A DNA stretch of 64,000 nucleotides, taken from Podospora anserina. Taxonomy: Eukaryota. Positions 44,568-61,831 of this stretch are shown here, piece after piece. The stretch lies in the NCBI GenBank assembly GCA_017654855.1, contig CM030333.1:3720001-3784000 (forward strand), given 5' to 3'. The translations under genes and the position numbers were made by a program. The notes under the pieces are model-generated. The model worked only from the letters and a program-made list of their open reading frames with translations. It was not told the DNA's origin and did not search any database. Numbering within the stretch: position 1 is the first letter of the stretch; every line of letters begins with the position of its first letter.

Positions 44568-47500
44568 GTTGGGCGACGGGTGGCGACCCTAAGTCAGGGG
44601 TCCAAGGGGTGCCAACTGAATAATGTCAAAAAAGCCACGCCGTGTCGTTGAGTACAAGGCTGGCTGGCGTCGCTGGCGTCTCTCTGCGCGCGTGCAGATC
44701 CACGCACGTCGATAAATAAATAAAAAGCCGTTTACTGTATCGTCGATATCGTCGTTGCTGTTAATGATATTGTCGACAGTAATATCCTCTCCATCTCTCT
44801 CAACAACCTATACAAAAGTTGGAGCTTGGGAAAGGTCTGTCACCCCAAAAAAGAACAACCCCAGCGGCCGTAACAATAGCAGCACTAGACTACCGTTTCC
44901 GTCTCGGCAGCGTCGACAGCAGCACTATGTTCTCGTTGAAGGATGATGGTTGTGGTCGTCGTTGGTGTAGTAGCTGTACAACCCTAACCGCCATCTCGAA
45001 TCTCTGGCAGCGGTTCCTGTCAAGTCTGTGCGTTCTTTGACACAAAGCTGACACCATGCCACACAATCACCGGTAGAACGGAAAGAAACTCGTGTGCGTC
45101 CTTCTCAATCAAGCGGAATTCGGATGGCAATCAAGTTCCTGTGCCTGTCCTGTGTCTGAGTGTGTGGTGTTGCGACTCGGCAAACGTGTGAACCCAGGGT
45201 AACCGTTGTTTCGTGCAAAGTGCCGAGGCGAAAGAAATCGTTGCCAAAACAGTATAAAATATGCTTGATGTGCTTGATGTGTGAAACAGGCGTACTTTCT
45301 CTCCCACTTCTCGCCGTTCTGTCCGTCTGATCTAATGATATTTGGCTCTCGGTATTCGGATTTGGATTTCCCTTCCTTTTTCTCACCCCCTCCAGGAACT
45401 AATTCGGGTAGTGGTAAGGTATCTTTCAAAACAGGTGTCCCCCTGGCAGGGTGAAACCAGTTCACCGTGTAGTGTTTTGCAGGGCCATGAGTCGTGATAG
45501 CAAATATATCGCGGGGTGTGGCGGGATAGACAAGACCCCTGCTGCAAGTGTATGAGGGTAGGGTTCAATATTAAGGTTTTTACAACCACCAGTACCGATG
45601 TGCCTCCTTGGCCAATGACATCAAAGCCTGGGACAAATTGTCAGAATCGAGCTTCGGTGAAAAGAGGAACGAATCGATATCGTCAAAAAAGAAAAAGGCC
45701 TCGACGCCACAAAATTCTGTGATTTGTGACCTGTGCGTGTGTATGTGTGCCAAAAGACTCGAGCAGAAGCAGTAAGAAAAAGCCAAGGTGTGTGGAGTGG
45801 CGATGGTATGGGGAGGTCGGGAAGTAATAACTTACAGCAAAAAAGATGGGACGAAAGCGAGAAAAAAACCTGCTTATATCTTACAACAATTGCTATGATT
45901 ATCGATATCCCTTTTTCAAAGATTTTCCCCTTGTGCATGGATGGGTCTCCCTCCTCATAAAGTGTAATAAGTATCCAGCAGCGAGTGTGTGCCCGGATTT
46001 GCAACTTTTCCATTACCACTCCACTACTCACCGCTTGCTCTCTCTCTCTCTCGGCTCCTCCCCCTCACTCTCCATCTCTACAACTCATACGAGAAATGCC
46101 GTTATGCGAAGCACTGCCCACTTTGCCCCAGCTTTTTTCTCATCTTCAATGGCCCCCAGCCTTTTTGCTAAACCTTAAATCCTTCGCTTAACCCACCACT
46201 CTTGTGTGAATGATGTGATAAACTCTTTGCCTGCCCTTTTCCCGAGCGAGACAAAATTCCACCCCTCCTTCGGAGGAACAACTCCCCTTCCCCCCCAAGC
46301 CACCAAACTTGATAAAACCCGCATGATGCAAACTCTCATCCTATTAACTACCCCTTCAATTCCTCACAAGGAGGTCAGTGGCTTTCTCACCACCCCCCAT
46401 CCGCCTACCTTTTCCCTAATCATCCTCCCGCCGCTCCTTGTTGGTCATCTGCCTTCGTTGTCGTCAGGTTGTCAAAAGTCTGGGCAATGACATAGCCCAC
46501 CCCAAACCGCCCCAACCCCAGCAAGCACGTGGACCAATCACCGCCCCCTTCGGCTGGCAAAGTCCCCGACCGCCCGGCTCCAAAGCAGTGTCTTGGCAGA
46601 GCCCTGTGACACATTGACCATTCAACCGCACATCGCGCGCCGCCGCGTTGCCGAGACATTCTCAACCTCACAGAACAACAACCGCATCGTTAATTGCTGT
46701 ATGTAGCGGCGGCGATCCCCCCCCTCTCCTCCTCAAATGGAGGGGCAACCAAAGCAGCAGCCCAGGTACGCCCATGATAAGGGTTTTTTCCAGTAAAACA
46801 AGAACTACTTGAAAAATCCCGCCATGCCACAAGCTTTGGCGAGCGGAATACAAAACCTAGATCTCGCTTCCCTCCTCACGTTAATTGGCTCTGCTATCGG
46901 TGCCTGAAAGCTCCTCGCCCCAGCGAGTCGGAATCTGCCTGCCGGCCTAATAACAAGAAGTGCATGTTTGCCTTATGTATGAAGAAAGCCTGGATATTTT
47001 ACCTCGTTTGAGAGATGTGCAATTCTTGGCTGAGGAATAACGATAAGCAAAACAAACCAAAAAAAAAACTAAAAAAAAAAAAAAACTCCTCACAGCCCAT
47101 CATCATCATCGTCGGTGAGAAACCAAAAGAAACAAAGTGAAGGTTTCAAAAGTAGCTCCTCTCTGGTCCCGCCAGCGATGACGGCTCCTGCGGAACCCAT
47201 CGTTGTGTCATCCAGGGACCAGGCAAGTTGCTCCGCTGATGGCTGCTGTCGTGCTTGTGAAATGCTATCGATGTTGTTTCACTTTCTTTGCTGACCAGAC
47301 TCCCGTGCCTGGCCACTGAAAAAATAGATTCTGTACGGACAGGATGACAGACATATGACTTCCTGTCCGCCCCCTTTTCCAGAAAAGTCCACCCTTCCAA
47401 ACACCACAACAAAGAATTCCAACCGTGGCTATGACCTCACGGATAAACATCAAGTGGACGCACCATCACCAGCCTTGCCGTCTCTGTTTGCTCAATTCCA

Positions 47501-47628
47501 GAAAACCACCTATTCACCGCCCAGACTTTCTTTGTACAGATATGGGTATCTTTCCCGATAATTACAGCAACGCCCGGCATGACCAGACAAGCAAGCATCT
47601 CATCCAAATGGCGTCAACTCCGATAGTT

Positions 47629-50593
<2,965 letters not shown>

Positions 50594-53500
50594 TCCTGTC
50601 AGTCTGTGGAGCTGGAGATCGACTGGTTTCCTATATGCCGACTCCAGGTGCCCCTTCTCGGCATGTTCTCTCCTTCACCGATGTATATATATGGGGGCTG
50701 AGCCGACAAGAAATATCATGTAAGTGGTGGCGAGAGTATTCGCTAGGTGGGGGTTGTCGTTAGCACAGTGAGTTTTCCTGGTTGATGGCGAGCCTCAGGC
50801 GTCGTCTTGGGAAGTTTGACAGGACGCGAAGAAGGGAAGCTTGACAAGTAGGTGGTCGCCTTATGGCTGGAATGGTTGGCGAGATAGTAAGTCGATTTTC
50901 TGGGGTGCATCAAAGTGAGCCGCCCCCGCAGACAGCGTAGCACAGCACAATAAACTGGGGATCGGGGAGTTTGGTAGAGAGGGAGGGTCAAGTATGGGAC
51001 GAGTAATTGGTCAGGGGCCGGCTTGTCAGACAGGATGATGGGGCGACTACCCCGGATGGAAGGTTTGATTCTGGGGAGTCCCCCGGGTGGAAGACAGGGG
51101 AGGCTACAGTGTAAGTACCTAGGCAGGTAGGCTTAGAGCCGATGACGGGAGGTGTGTGGCTATGAGATGGATTGTTGGATCGCCAGTGAGTGAACGGATA
51201 ACTCACATTCACCCTCCCCATCTAGAGCTTGATCCTCGGCCCTTTTTGCTGAAGGAAAACACAATGTCCATATGATGATTGGGCGGCTGTCTCCGAGCAT
51301 CTGAAACTAAGAGCTAGAGCCGGCAGTGGCCGTTTAAAGACGAGATGTCATAAAGATAAATGTGACCGAGGATGATGTCGAGGCCTGAGAGGCAAGGAAA
51401 CCATGATGTTCAATTCCCACAAGAGAAGGTAGCAGCCCAACCCAGCGGGGAGGGGTCAGTGGAAAGATGTTGGCCAACACTGGAACTTGAGAAGGCACGA
51501 TGTGTGTGGTGCGGGGAGGGGACGATGCCGGTGAGTTGAAGGATGAGTGGGGTTGGAGAAGTGGGAAAGAGCTCCGGGGAGTTGGTGGAGACGATACACC
51601 TTACGGAAAGCTGTGTTTTTCGGGAATTCCAGTTTGTCCCTAGGCGCTGCCAAAAGCAGAATGGGTTCCCAGTTACAGCTTGTCCTTGCCCCCTTCATCC
51701 CATATTCCCTCCCGTCCTGTCCAGCAGTTTGGTGGTTCAATGGAGTTTAACAGATTGAAAAGGGATGAAATTTCATCCTTGATCCCTGTATGTAACGGCG
51801 GCCCCACAGTACCACCTCCGCAACCGACGGCTTCAGGGCCCGCCATCCACAAGCCGTTGCTCTCCACCCCAGGGTCACTGTGACCACTTCAGGACGTCGA
51901 CGACCTTCTTACTCTTGATTTGTATTCTTTAAACGCGCACCTTTTACCACTTCAAACATCGCCAGAAAATCAATGTTCTTCTCTCAACTTATTTACCGCC
52001 TCCAAAACAGCGGTGCCCAAGAGCTGTCAAGGGTCCTTCCTTGTCTTTCTTTGGTACCGCGAAGTCAAGATCCAACTGTGATTCAGGAACGATGTCCATT
52101 GACGGGAACCCGATATATGAGGGGAGTATTCAATGCTTCCTCGCCTCTATCCCGTCTCGACTTAAGCTCTCTTCCACGGCAATTGCTTCTGGGGGGCAGG
52201 TCACAAGCACAATGTGACGCAGCGTGACCGCTCGCTGGGCCTCTGGAGCCGCCTTCTGTTTATATACTGACGCTTTATTTCATATTCTGGTCGAGCTCTT
52301 TGGGCTGAAGCTGTGCGTCACAGTGAGGGTGCAGCGACAACTTAGGGGTCGCAATATCTTGATGTTTGCCGCGCCAATTACAGCTCACTGTTCTACAGTA
52401 ACTGTTGATCTTGCCCGGCTGGGCTTTCTATACCAACCATATCAGCCAGGTATATCCTAGCTGTCGTCAATATCGAGACTGTGTCCCGGGTCGCTGCACC
52501 ATGGGAGCGAGACACCCGAGGTCGAATACTTTCAAGTCCTCTTTCCGCATTACATACAAGGACGGGGACCATGATACGGCCGAGCCTGCTGTTCTCAGGA
52601 ACTGAAGAGCGTTGAAGGTGCCGTTCGCTTAAGCAGCAAAACCCGGAACCCCCTGCAACCCGCGACCTTCACCAAATCTAGCCCCTTGCAAGATCGGGCT
52701 CTGGTCCCTAACGGTCGGCGATCCTTGGCAGTCTACGGACGATCGTCTCCCGAAATTCAACCCAGCTTCCTCGCCTCTTCCCTCACCTCGACCATGAAAT
52801 CACCTCTTCACCGCATCACCACTTGCTTTCAGAACACCGCGAGCTTCATACTCTGGCGTAGCACTCTTTATGGAGCTCTCAAGCATCTTTGCTCCAGTGA
52901 CCGCTTCAGGTTGTCGTCAGACAGTTACACTTGGTCACATTACACCTCCCCATTGCTGTTGCATGGCTGGGGATAGCATCAAGAATCATCATCATATTGT
53001 CAACTACCGGAAGTTCGGAACCGAGACTATTAAGCAAAGACCGGCATACCAACCATGACATGCCTCGATTCGGGGCCGTTTAAGCTCTGTATCAGTGCAG
53101 ATGTCCCCAGCAATTACGGTAAGGTAACCCGTCGAGCATGATGAAGATCAAGCCTCTTCTTGTTCTTGTTCTTGTTGTCGATCTTTTGCTTATACCCAGG
53201 AACCAAGCTCTTGTGCCTTGCTGTTGCTTGCCAGCCTAGACCAAGCAGCTCCGGTAGTTCACTGACCGCAGCCTGCCTTCCATATACCGGGTGTATCCTG
53301 CAGGCGGAGATGCTGGTGCCGAGCGCTAAGGTCAAGTAAGTGGGCACACTTCCTGCTTGATCTTCCAGGTTTGTGCCGTACATATTCTCGTTCCTCGTCC
53401 CGCGACACCTATCGGTCCGAAAATCTCTCCGTCGTCTGCTTGTGCTCAGGTCAGGAGCCCTACAAGCCCGGATTGTCGGGAGGCTCTCCGGCTTCGACTT

Positions 53501-55531
53501 CTCGATAACGCACGATATCCAGGCTGGTCTTTACTTTCTGACTTCACTATACAGTGTTTCAAAGCTTATTTGCTCATATCAACCTTTAGCAGCACTTAAT
53601 CTACCTGAACATGTAGATACAAGCCCCTCGAGTATTGCAAGAAAGATCAGGTTGCTGTTTCGAACGGGGTTTGAAACACGGTTCGGTTCAATGGGCTAAG
53701 ATCCATTGACTTCGGTGAGCTTCGGACGAAAGCATATCACTACCTAGCCTCTACATATTGTTCCCAAAGTCGGATTCCTGTCTCGTCTCCAAAGTATTCA
53801 TTGTCTATCAAGGACTCGTTGAATCTGTAGCATCACTAGTCCACACCCCAACCCCGATCTCCGCCTTGGGTTTGCATGTGAGCTACTGCACCTCCCCGCA
53901 AGACGATACGACTGTTTGGTTCATGCGGTGGACCCGGACAGCGGAAGAGGCAACGCCATCAGGTTAGGAGAATTGGGATCAGGGGTCCGCTGCCGATACG
54001 CCAAGGTAGGAGATTTGAGAATCCGATTCGGTGTGGTTGGGCTACCCGAAACTTGTTTGTCGTCTTGCCCTCCAGACTTGTACAAAGTAATTGTTGCGCC
54101 CCTCTCTACATCTTACTCGGAATTCAAGATGGAAGAAAATAGTCGTGACGAGTATTCTGTCAAACAAGTGTGCGGTACACGCCTGGAGGCAAAGTAGAGA
54201 CCTCGCACTGAAGACGATAGCACGCGGTGTACCTACCGTGGTACGTTCTCTATGATCTGCTGAGTTTTAGACGGCCGAGGGAGTTGAATCCATCAGTCTC
54301 GGTGTCAGATCATGATCGTTTCGACGACTCTGCCCTACCTACCTATTTGATATATTGCTCGGCTACCACTCGGAGTGCCTACCGAAACCTTAGACGACTG
54401 ACAACAACATTCCTAGAAGCATCTGACGGAATAGTCACGGTAGGCCCAACAGCAAGCCTTTCAAAAGCACTCTAGGCACTATGCTGAACGGTCTCTTTCT
54501 CGGCCCAACCCGAGCCTGCCTAGATTGAAAACTCAGAGTAGGGACCGTTGTTTTGTTGTTCAAGTCGTTGCTGACAGCATCTTGAACCGTGTCCAACTGT
54601 TACGTCTATATTACTTGCAATATCAGAATCCTGCTCGAGAAGCTCTCAACCTGGGCACCAACGCCTTAAAAATTTATCACTAGTCACATCTCTGGTAGCT
54701 TCCAACTGTCTTGTTTTGTGAAGAAGTCCTGGCTGAGATTGCCTCCGGTGGGGTGCTGTTGTCGACAGTACGTCCTAGCGGTCTATGCTCACAAGGACCA
54801 GCAACTCGGTTCTGGGCAGTTTGTAACCCGGATAGATAGACGGTAGATGTAAATGTATCTTCGAATTTCGTTTCCTAATTAATTCTCATAATCCCCTTCC
54901 CCCAGAACCTGCCTGCCGCAAAGTAGGATCATCCGGGACTCGCATCCGATAGACCGCTCGCTCATTGACCACCACATGCACCTCACGTTCCACTCGCCAC
55001 AATGAACCATCTGTGCATCAACTCTGTCATGAGTCCCCGATTCCAACCGCTACACCATAAGCCACACATGCAGACACTGATCATGGGAGAACCTCCCCAG
55101 ACCATATGCCCGATATCCACCTCTCCGCACGCAAATGCAACACCTTTACACCATACTCTAGATGCCCATCCATCCAGTCCTTGTTGAGCAAGGCTTGGCT
55201 CATGTCTCCTCTTTTCTTAACGAGGTCGATGGACCGAGCCGGTTGGCGATGATCGTGACAATCTTGTGTTACGCTGCCCTGGCTCCTCATCCTATCTCTT
55301 GGTGTACAGCATGTCCCAAGAGGTCAGCTCGATTCATGTATCGATGCTCGTAATCGGGTAGCCAGGTAGCATCGCTCGAGAACCTAGACCGTACCTGTGA
55401 AAGTACTTCTCTTGTCAGTGAAACTCCTGTATAGCGGGGTATGTTACCAGATATCCTACCATTTCTCAAATAATACCCGAGCCAATATGCCATTTCATCT
55501 CCTTTGATGTTCAACTGGTCCGAGTCCCCTT

Positions 55532-57838
55532 TCAAAAGAACTGCCTCCCGCTCGCCAACCTCACAAAGCTGTACGGTACGTTCTGCCCAACCAGCAACCT
55601 CAGCGTCTCAACTGTCGTAAAAGCCGTTACATCCGCCGCCCCATAAGCCGCGAACCCACATTGCTCAGCAATCAAACCCGGGTCCCCCTTCCGTGGGCCA
55701 TGCCCCGAGCCGTCTGCCAGGTCCAAAAACACCCTTCTCGAGTTTTCCCTTCCCGCACCTGCCGCCCCTCGAGGCGGCGACCCGAACAGACGAACGAGCA
55801 TCCCGACTAGATTACTCTTTTCCGGACCCAGAGCACTCACCACCACAAACGGCGAGCCGGCCCCCGCTCGTATAGACTCGGTGCCGTTGGCATTTACCGT
55901 ACGGGCTCTCTGTATGCTCTCGAGGCTGTTGAATGGCTCGATAAGAAGGTCTTTGGCAAAGGCGGGAGGTGTTTTGAAGCCGACGGTGTAGACCTTACCG
56001 ACCTTCAGGGCTTTGAGAGCGAATAAAGCACTGGCTGCGTCGTCGGCCGATGAGGCAAGTACCACAGCCGCGCAGCCAAAGTAGGCAGATGGAGCAAGAT
56101 CACGGGTAAGGGTACTAAGGATACCTTTCCACGAGGCGTTGTCAAACACGAGAGAAGTGTTCGGTGGCAAGCCCGACTGCGTCGAGCCGACAGCACCCAC
56201 GGAATCTCCGTTTTGCTGCCGAGGCGGGCTTGATGGTGTGGATGCTGAACTAGATGATGTGGCCGGCCGGACGACGATGGTATCAACCATCCCGATGAGT
56301 CGAGCGGCTTCGCTGAGAACCGGCCCGTTGCCATTGTTGAGTGATGCAAAGAAGCCTTTGCTCGTCGCCAGATTGGTGAGTGACATGGCTGGATTTAGGT
56401 AAGCACCGCCAAAGTTTCTTTGATTACACCACGTCTCGATGGAGGCAAGCCCTTTGGGTTGTCGCTCCACGACGGCAAAGTGATGTGGTAACCCAAGTTC
56501 GTTGAAGCATTTCTCATAGAAGGGTGCCTGTGGAATGGCACTCCGCATGCTCGGGCTAGTAATGCCATAGATGTTCTTCTTTGGCAGCTGTCCAACCAAC
56601 GCCAGGGCCTGGTTGATCTCAGCTGCGCTCATCTGCCCCGGAGCTGCGATGATGGGCAGCAGAGGGTGGGTGATAGGAGTGAAGACCTTGTTTAGCGTCC
56701 GAGAGAACTGACCCGTTTCCCCCATGTTGACAGCAGACAGCGGTGGTGAATCGGGATATTCAGCCTTGATTTTTGACCGGAAGTATTCCAACTCAAAGTT
56801 TTCATTGTGGTCATTGATGATGGCAATCATTTTCACAATGTCGGCGTACCGTCGAGACTGGAGGAATATTGACTCGGCTCTCTGTGAGGGCCACTTGAAA
56901 GTGCCTGAGAAATCATGGAAGGCAGACATGATGCGACTGCTCCCGCGCTGCTCGTACAGTCTTCGTCGAATGGTTTCTGGGAGCCAGAGCTCGACGTCGA
57001 TGTACTCAACGCCCCACTGAATCGCCCGGTAAAGATATTCATAAAACAAGTCTGGATTGTCCATCGGAAATCGGCCATTCTCTTTCGTACACCTTGTCGT
57101 GAATATGATTGGCAGTTCGGTCCTCTGGCGAAGAAGCATGAGCTGTTCGCCAACATAGCTCAAGCTTGGGATTTCCGAGAACCGTCCATTGCCCAGAGGC
57201 TCTTTCAAGAGATCAACTCGAATCTCGACAGCGTCTGAGCCGACAGTGAGGATGTCGATGTTTGGGAGCGCAGCATGGACATCCGGAAACGTTGTCGAAA
57301 TGAAGTACGTCCTCGGTTTTGCCATTAGTGTTTCGTGGTGGCTAAGCTGTCCCAGGGTATGTGATACAAATCGTGTTAGATCTCTTCGGAAGAAGGAAGC
57401 TTCGGTATAAAGCCACTCGTAATCTGTCTGCGCTGACAGGTAGACGTCGGGAGGCATGCCCAGTGTTGTACAATGAGCGTTGATGGTCACGACCAGTCCC
57501 CTGTTCCGTGAGGCTATCTCAGCCTTTGCACTTTCCGCCGAGACCCCAATAACCCAATCCTGATCATCCCTGGTGACGTCCCGAATCCCTCCTTTCAGTC
57601 GGTAAGGCTTCCCGAGAACCTCAGCAAAGACGGCCACTATCTGCTCTTGGCCAGGACCATACATTATCACCACTATTCTTGCATCTCCTTGTTGCAAACC
57701 ACCTCGAATCGTCATCTCATGTGATGCACGTGGTGCTCGAGTTTCAATGTCGATATCCATAGCTATGTGATTTCGTCCAAAACTTTGTCGTCGTCCTGGC
57801 GCGGGCAGCGACTCCAGTGGTTGAACAGCCGCCATCAT
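55532..57838 (-). CDS. AROM-derived protein: type I 3-dehydroquinase domain plus degenerate shikimate-dehydrogenase domain (QutR/qa-1S-like architecture)
   Basis: [46 protein letters not shown] and AAPGQMS, followed by SDH-like remnants ([23 protein letters not shown]). First ATG at 57838. Confidence 0.85.
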   Translation of the reverse strand: MMAAVQPLESLPAPGRRQSFGRNHIAMDIDIETRAPRASHEMTIRGGLQQGDARIVVIMYGPGQEQIVAVFAEVLGKPYRLKGGIRDVTRDDQDWVIGVSAESAKAEIASRNRGLVVTINAHCTTLGMPPDVYLSAQTDYEWLYTEASFFRRDLTRFVSHTLGQLSHHETLMAKPRTYFISTTFPDVHAALPNIDILTVGSDAVEIRVDLLKEPLGNGRFSEIPSLSYVGEQLMLLRQRTELPIIFTTRCTKENGRFPMDNPDLFYEYLYRAIQWGVEYIDVELWLPETIRRRLYEQRGSSRIMSAFHDFSGTFKWPSQRAESIFLQSRRYADIVKMIAIINDHNENFELEYFRSKIKAEYPDSPPLSAVNMGETGQFSRTLNKVFTPITHPLLPIIAAPGQMSAAEINQALALVGQLPKKNIYGITSPSMRSAIPQAPFYEKCFNELGLPHHFAVVERQPKGLASIETWCNQRNFGGAYLNPAMSLTNLATSKGFFASLNNGNGPVLSEAARLIGMVDTIVVRPATSSSSASTPSSPPRQQNGDSVGAVGSTQSGLPPNTSLVFDNASWKGILSTLTRDLAPSAYFGCAAVVLASSADDAASALFALKALKVGKVYTVGFKTPPAFAKDLLIEPFNSLESIQRARTVNANGTESIRAGAGSPFVVVSALGPEKSNLVGMLVRLFGSPPRGAAGAGRENSRRVFLDLADGSGHGPRKGDPGLIAEQCGFAAYGAADVTAFTTVETLRLLVGQNVPYSFVRLASGRQFF

Positions 57839-60578
57839 GGCTGTGTCTGTTTTTCGACTCGTCGTGTAGCCGTAATTATAAGGGATCCGATGATCAGGGG
57901 CTCGTGTCGGTGCCCTCGCCTCTCGTCCCAGATTCCAACTGACTGCTCTATGCCGGCGATTCCAGTTCGAGCCCCAACTACGAAACGGCAGGATCCTTCT
58001 GAAGAGGCCTATTGCGCATGGCCTAGACTCCCGGGTTGAGGAAGCTGGCTTCTGATCTGGGTAAGTCCCGTTTGATTCGGTGAGCTGTGGGCGCTGAATA
58101 AGTAATCTATTGGGAATTGGGCGAATTCTTTTGCTTTTCAGTCGACGTATGAAGGTGGCCTCAGAAATGCCTCGGAAAGACAACAGACGTCGTGTTGGCC
58201 TGTCGGGAGTGTTCCAGCAAGTTTGGAGAAGACGTAATGTTCCAGTTCGAGCCAAGTCGTAGGTGGTTCGGTGCCAGAGCCTCACAATACAGCCGGTGAT
58301 GACGGCGGGTAAAGATGAGACACGAGACGGAGCGGGCCAGAGCACTCAATGGAAAGATCCGGCGACATGTACGGGTATATCAGCACCTGGGTATCTGCCG
58401 CGTCATTTGCCTGGGAGATGGGACCTGGGAATCAACAAGAGACCGAGGGGGTTTGCAAGACATCTGACATTGGGGTTTCTGGAAGGTAGATAGCGTATAT
58501 TGGGTCTTGGGACCGCCAAGCCAGTCGAAATATTTCGCCGACGTTTGTTTTACCGTCATCAGACGGATGGAGCACTGACGGCAGACCTGAACCAGACGAG
58601 CGAGCAAGCTGGGTCAACTCCCACGCTGGCCTGTCTACAATCGCATGTATTGGTGCTGCTAGCTGCCGGCCAGGGGGACGGGAACAGCGTGGGACTGGAT
58701 TAAAATAGTGGAGTCTAGGTAACTGTCATCATAACTGGCTATTAACATTGGTAGTTCTTGTCTACGACACCCGATTGTGTTGGAAGACATACACACCCAA
58801 TCCAGACGTGCCTGGATCTATCGTGGCGTCAGACTTGCCGTGACAAATGCCGTCTGCGATCGATACAAATTATCCATGGCCAGGTCCAATACCGCCTGGA
58901 ACGAACGTGCCACGGGGCAGCAGCTGGACTATCGATGATTCCCACTGAAGGACCGGGAGGGACGATGGTAGGCGGGGAATCAACCGAACAGGTTCCTAGG
59001 AAATTACGCGAAGACGGTCCGTCAAGGCCAATTCATCCGGCGTTACGTTGTGGTCGGCACAAGCCGAACGGTTGAATACTGTAACGACCTTGTCCATTCA
59101 CCTGGGAGCTGGAAAATGAGTGAGTGGTGATTTGCGAGAGGCGTTCAAGACAGGGAGCGAGTGCGAAGAACCCCACAGTTTCTCCAGCACCTGGAGAATC
59201 TCTCTTTAAAAGTCCGCCAATGAGAGTGCTCGGATTTGAGCCCATGCTCTGTTCGTGCAGATCTGATGGGGGGCCGATGCGCTAAAAGCTGGGGCAAGGA
59301 CCGCTAAAAGGGCCCTTTCCCAGGGATTCCTACACCCACTGAAGATCTTCGTCCACTCCTCCAACTTTGATTCAATCAGCACCCTTCTCCGACACCCAAC
59401 AACCCAACAACCTGGGTTCATGCGGGCAACACCATGAACCATATCTGATACATTGGGTGGGCAGTGTCTAATTTTCCGTAAATCATCTGCCTCTATCTCG
59501 CTATCTCGTTCCGGAATGCTTACTTCCATCCACTCCCTCAGCCCTAAGCGCAGCTGACTGTCGACCATAAGTTGAGGTCGTCACCGTTATGGAAGATTGA
59601 TTCCCCTTCCTGAAACGGGCAACTCACAACATGGCCCTGCTCCCGTTTCACCCAAGGATCGCCTTTCCCGACTTCAGGCTGAATAGACCCAAACTTCCGT
59701 CAAAGGCAAATTCCGTGTGGGATGGTACTATAGTGATTGCTTCAACCTTACCAGCTGTGGGGAGCCAAGCTGGGTAGAAGTTCGCATCGTTTCAATGGGA
59801 AGACAGGCCGTCGAGATCTACCCGGTTTCTTTCCCACAGATTACCTTGCATCGAGACGGTCCGCGAATTGTACATGACGAATAATACTCCGAGGCATCAA
59901 ACGCCCAGCATGCTAGCGTGACATGATGATAGCTTCACCTGTGTTATCTTGTGGATAAGTAATCCATCTTCCTGGTCTGCAGGGCATGAATTTAGATTCC
60001 TCGTGGCAAATGTTGCTTTGTTGGCTTCCAAGCATTCCGACTGCTGGAAAATCTCGGCGTTGTTCGCTACCAGTTTGTCAATTTTCATGGGGGTCAACGT
60101 CTCGGCCCGAGATATCGCGACGTTATGCGACGCAGGTCTGGACTGGGCCATGCAGAAAGAGGCCGAACAGCTTATTCGACAATTTGTCATGCCACGTCTA
60201 GTTGTCATCATATCACGTTCACTTGAGGACATGTGATGATAAGGCCCGAGGTATTCAGCTCAAAATAGAGTGACAATGAAAGACATTGTATCAGAGTCTT
60301 GTTACGTCGTGAAGCTGTCCTCAAAATGAGAGCCTCATGTAGCAGGTCTTACGATGAAGAAGGTAGAGCTCAGCTTTACATACCTTATTAGACTGGGTCA
60401 CACATTAAGGTTTTACAGTGTGACCTTGATAAAATTGTATTTCTGTTTCATAGAAACACAACAAGTTGGCCCACCGGTCAAAAGAATTTCAGATACATCA
60501 CTCCTCTCAAAACCATTCCTCTTCGCGCTATCCGAAAGCCTTCCAGTTCCCTCCCACCTCCATTCTTCCTAAACAAAA

Positions 60579-61598
60579 TCACCACCCCCCCTTCAATCCC
60601 TTCTCAATCTCCTCAAAAACCTCAACTCCTTTCACCCCTAAAGCAGTACCCACCCCAACAACCCCCGCCCCAGCAGCCCTCATCCTCTTGTACCCCTTCT
60701 CATCCTCCACACCTCCAATCCCAATTACAGTGATATGCTTCAAACTCGGTCTCTCATCCAACATCCTCCGAATAGTAGCCACATTCCCCAGGGCCAGCGG
60801 GTGCAGCGCCGCCCCGGCCATCCCCCCAATCCCGTTACCTGGCAGAACAGGGTCGCCCTCGGGTGAGAGAACGAGACATGACCCTAGGGTGTTGGTGCAT
60901 GTTATGAAGGAGACTTGATCACCTTCCTCTTCGAGGGCAGAGATGAGTTCGTTGTATTCGGAGGCGTGGGTGTAGGGTGGTGTTTTGATGCCGAAGGGCA
61001 GGCGTGGTAAGTCTGGTCTGAGTTTATCACGCATCGCGAACCGCAGGCGGCGAAAGTACTCGACCAGTGCGTCTTTAGAGTACGCGGGAGGAGGTTTGTT
61101 GGGTATGTTGGGGCAGGAGAGATTGATTTCCATGTAGATGTGACCGGCGGTTATATACTCGGACAGGTAATCGGCGATGCATGTATAGCATTCACTGACC
61201 TCGGTCGGGGTGCCCGTGACTGAGATGATGAAGGGTTTGATGGGCTGAGTACCAGAGCAAGTAGTATAGATCTTGCATATCCATTGCATATATTGAAGTA
61301 GAGCGTAAGGGCTGTAGCCTAGTGTGTTCAAGCTTGCTTTTTGAGCAGGAGCTTTGCTGGCTTCTTGGGGGGTTGGGTTGGTGGATTTTGAGGTTTCGGG
61401 ATTAGAGGGATCGAAGAAGGTGTATCGATGAATAGCGTCATCGTGCTTGAAGCCGTCCAAAGTAGCGGTTCGAGTTGTAACTGCGCCTGTGGAAGGGCAA
61501 AGATACAGCCGCTCTAAGTCCACATCGCCGGATGCCCATGGGTTAGCCGAGTTGATCAATGGCGGGTTGATTTTGATGGGCGGTGGTAGTTCCGACAT
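60579..61598 (-). CDS. Class 1A dihydroorotate-dehydrogenase-like FMN enzyme (Ura1-like; possibly dihydrouracil oxidase)
   Basis: PLINSANPWAS, GAVTTRT, EINLSCPNI (catalytic Cys), GIKTPPY, CTNTLG, GGMAG...ALGNV, IGIGGV and VGTA; intronless, with no membrane anchor or presequence. Confidence 0.85.
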   Translation of the reverse strand: MSELPPPIKINPPLINSANPWASGDVDLERLYLCPSTGAVTTRTATLDGFKHDDAIHRYTFFDPSNPETSKSTNPTPQEASKAPAQKASLNTLGYSPYALLQYMQWICKIYTTCSGTQPIKPFIISVTGTPTEVSECYTCIADYLSEYITAGHIYMEINLSCPNIPNKPPPAYSKDALVEYFRRLRFAMRDKLRPDLPRLPFGIKTPPYTHASEYNELISALEEEGDQVSFITCTNTLGSCLVLSPEGDPVLPGNGIGGMAGAALHPLALGNVATIRRMLDERPSLKHITVIGIGGVEDEKGYKRMRAAGAGVVGVGTALGVKGVEVFEEIEKGLKGGW

Positions 61599-61831
61599 GG
61601 TTGATCGCTGAATATATGTTGGAGTTCTGTCTGCTGGGTGTAGTTGAAAGTTGTTGTCTTGAATTCGGCGGGGTTAGATGGATAACTTGAAGATAAGAGC
61701 TGCACCCCGCATCAAGTGTGTGGGGTCATCACAGCAGTATGAAGACATCAAACGAGCTTCAAGTCAACCACGGCGAGAAGTTGGTGGTCAAAAGTAATTT
61801 TATATATTTTTTTTCTCATTCATATCATCGA

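Noticed and set aside
50600-55530. 5-kb gap searched for a hidden gene, tRNA or qa-1F-type GGRTAA-N4-TTAYCC sites
   Set aside because: Only short non-coding-like ORFs; no tRNA boxes or such palindromic sites found by eye.
55287-55535. 82-aa ORF overlapping the stop codon of the dehydroquinase-like gene (possible frameshift extension)
   Set aside because: Non-ATG start, no clear slippery site or structure; most likely 3'UTR.
59949-60236. 95-aa plus-strand ORF with protein-like composition
   Set aside because: Could not link it to an upstream ATG exon in the right phase and no recognisable domain; left uncalled.
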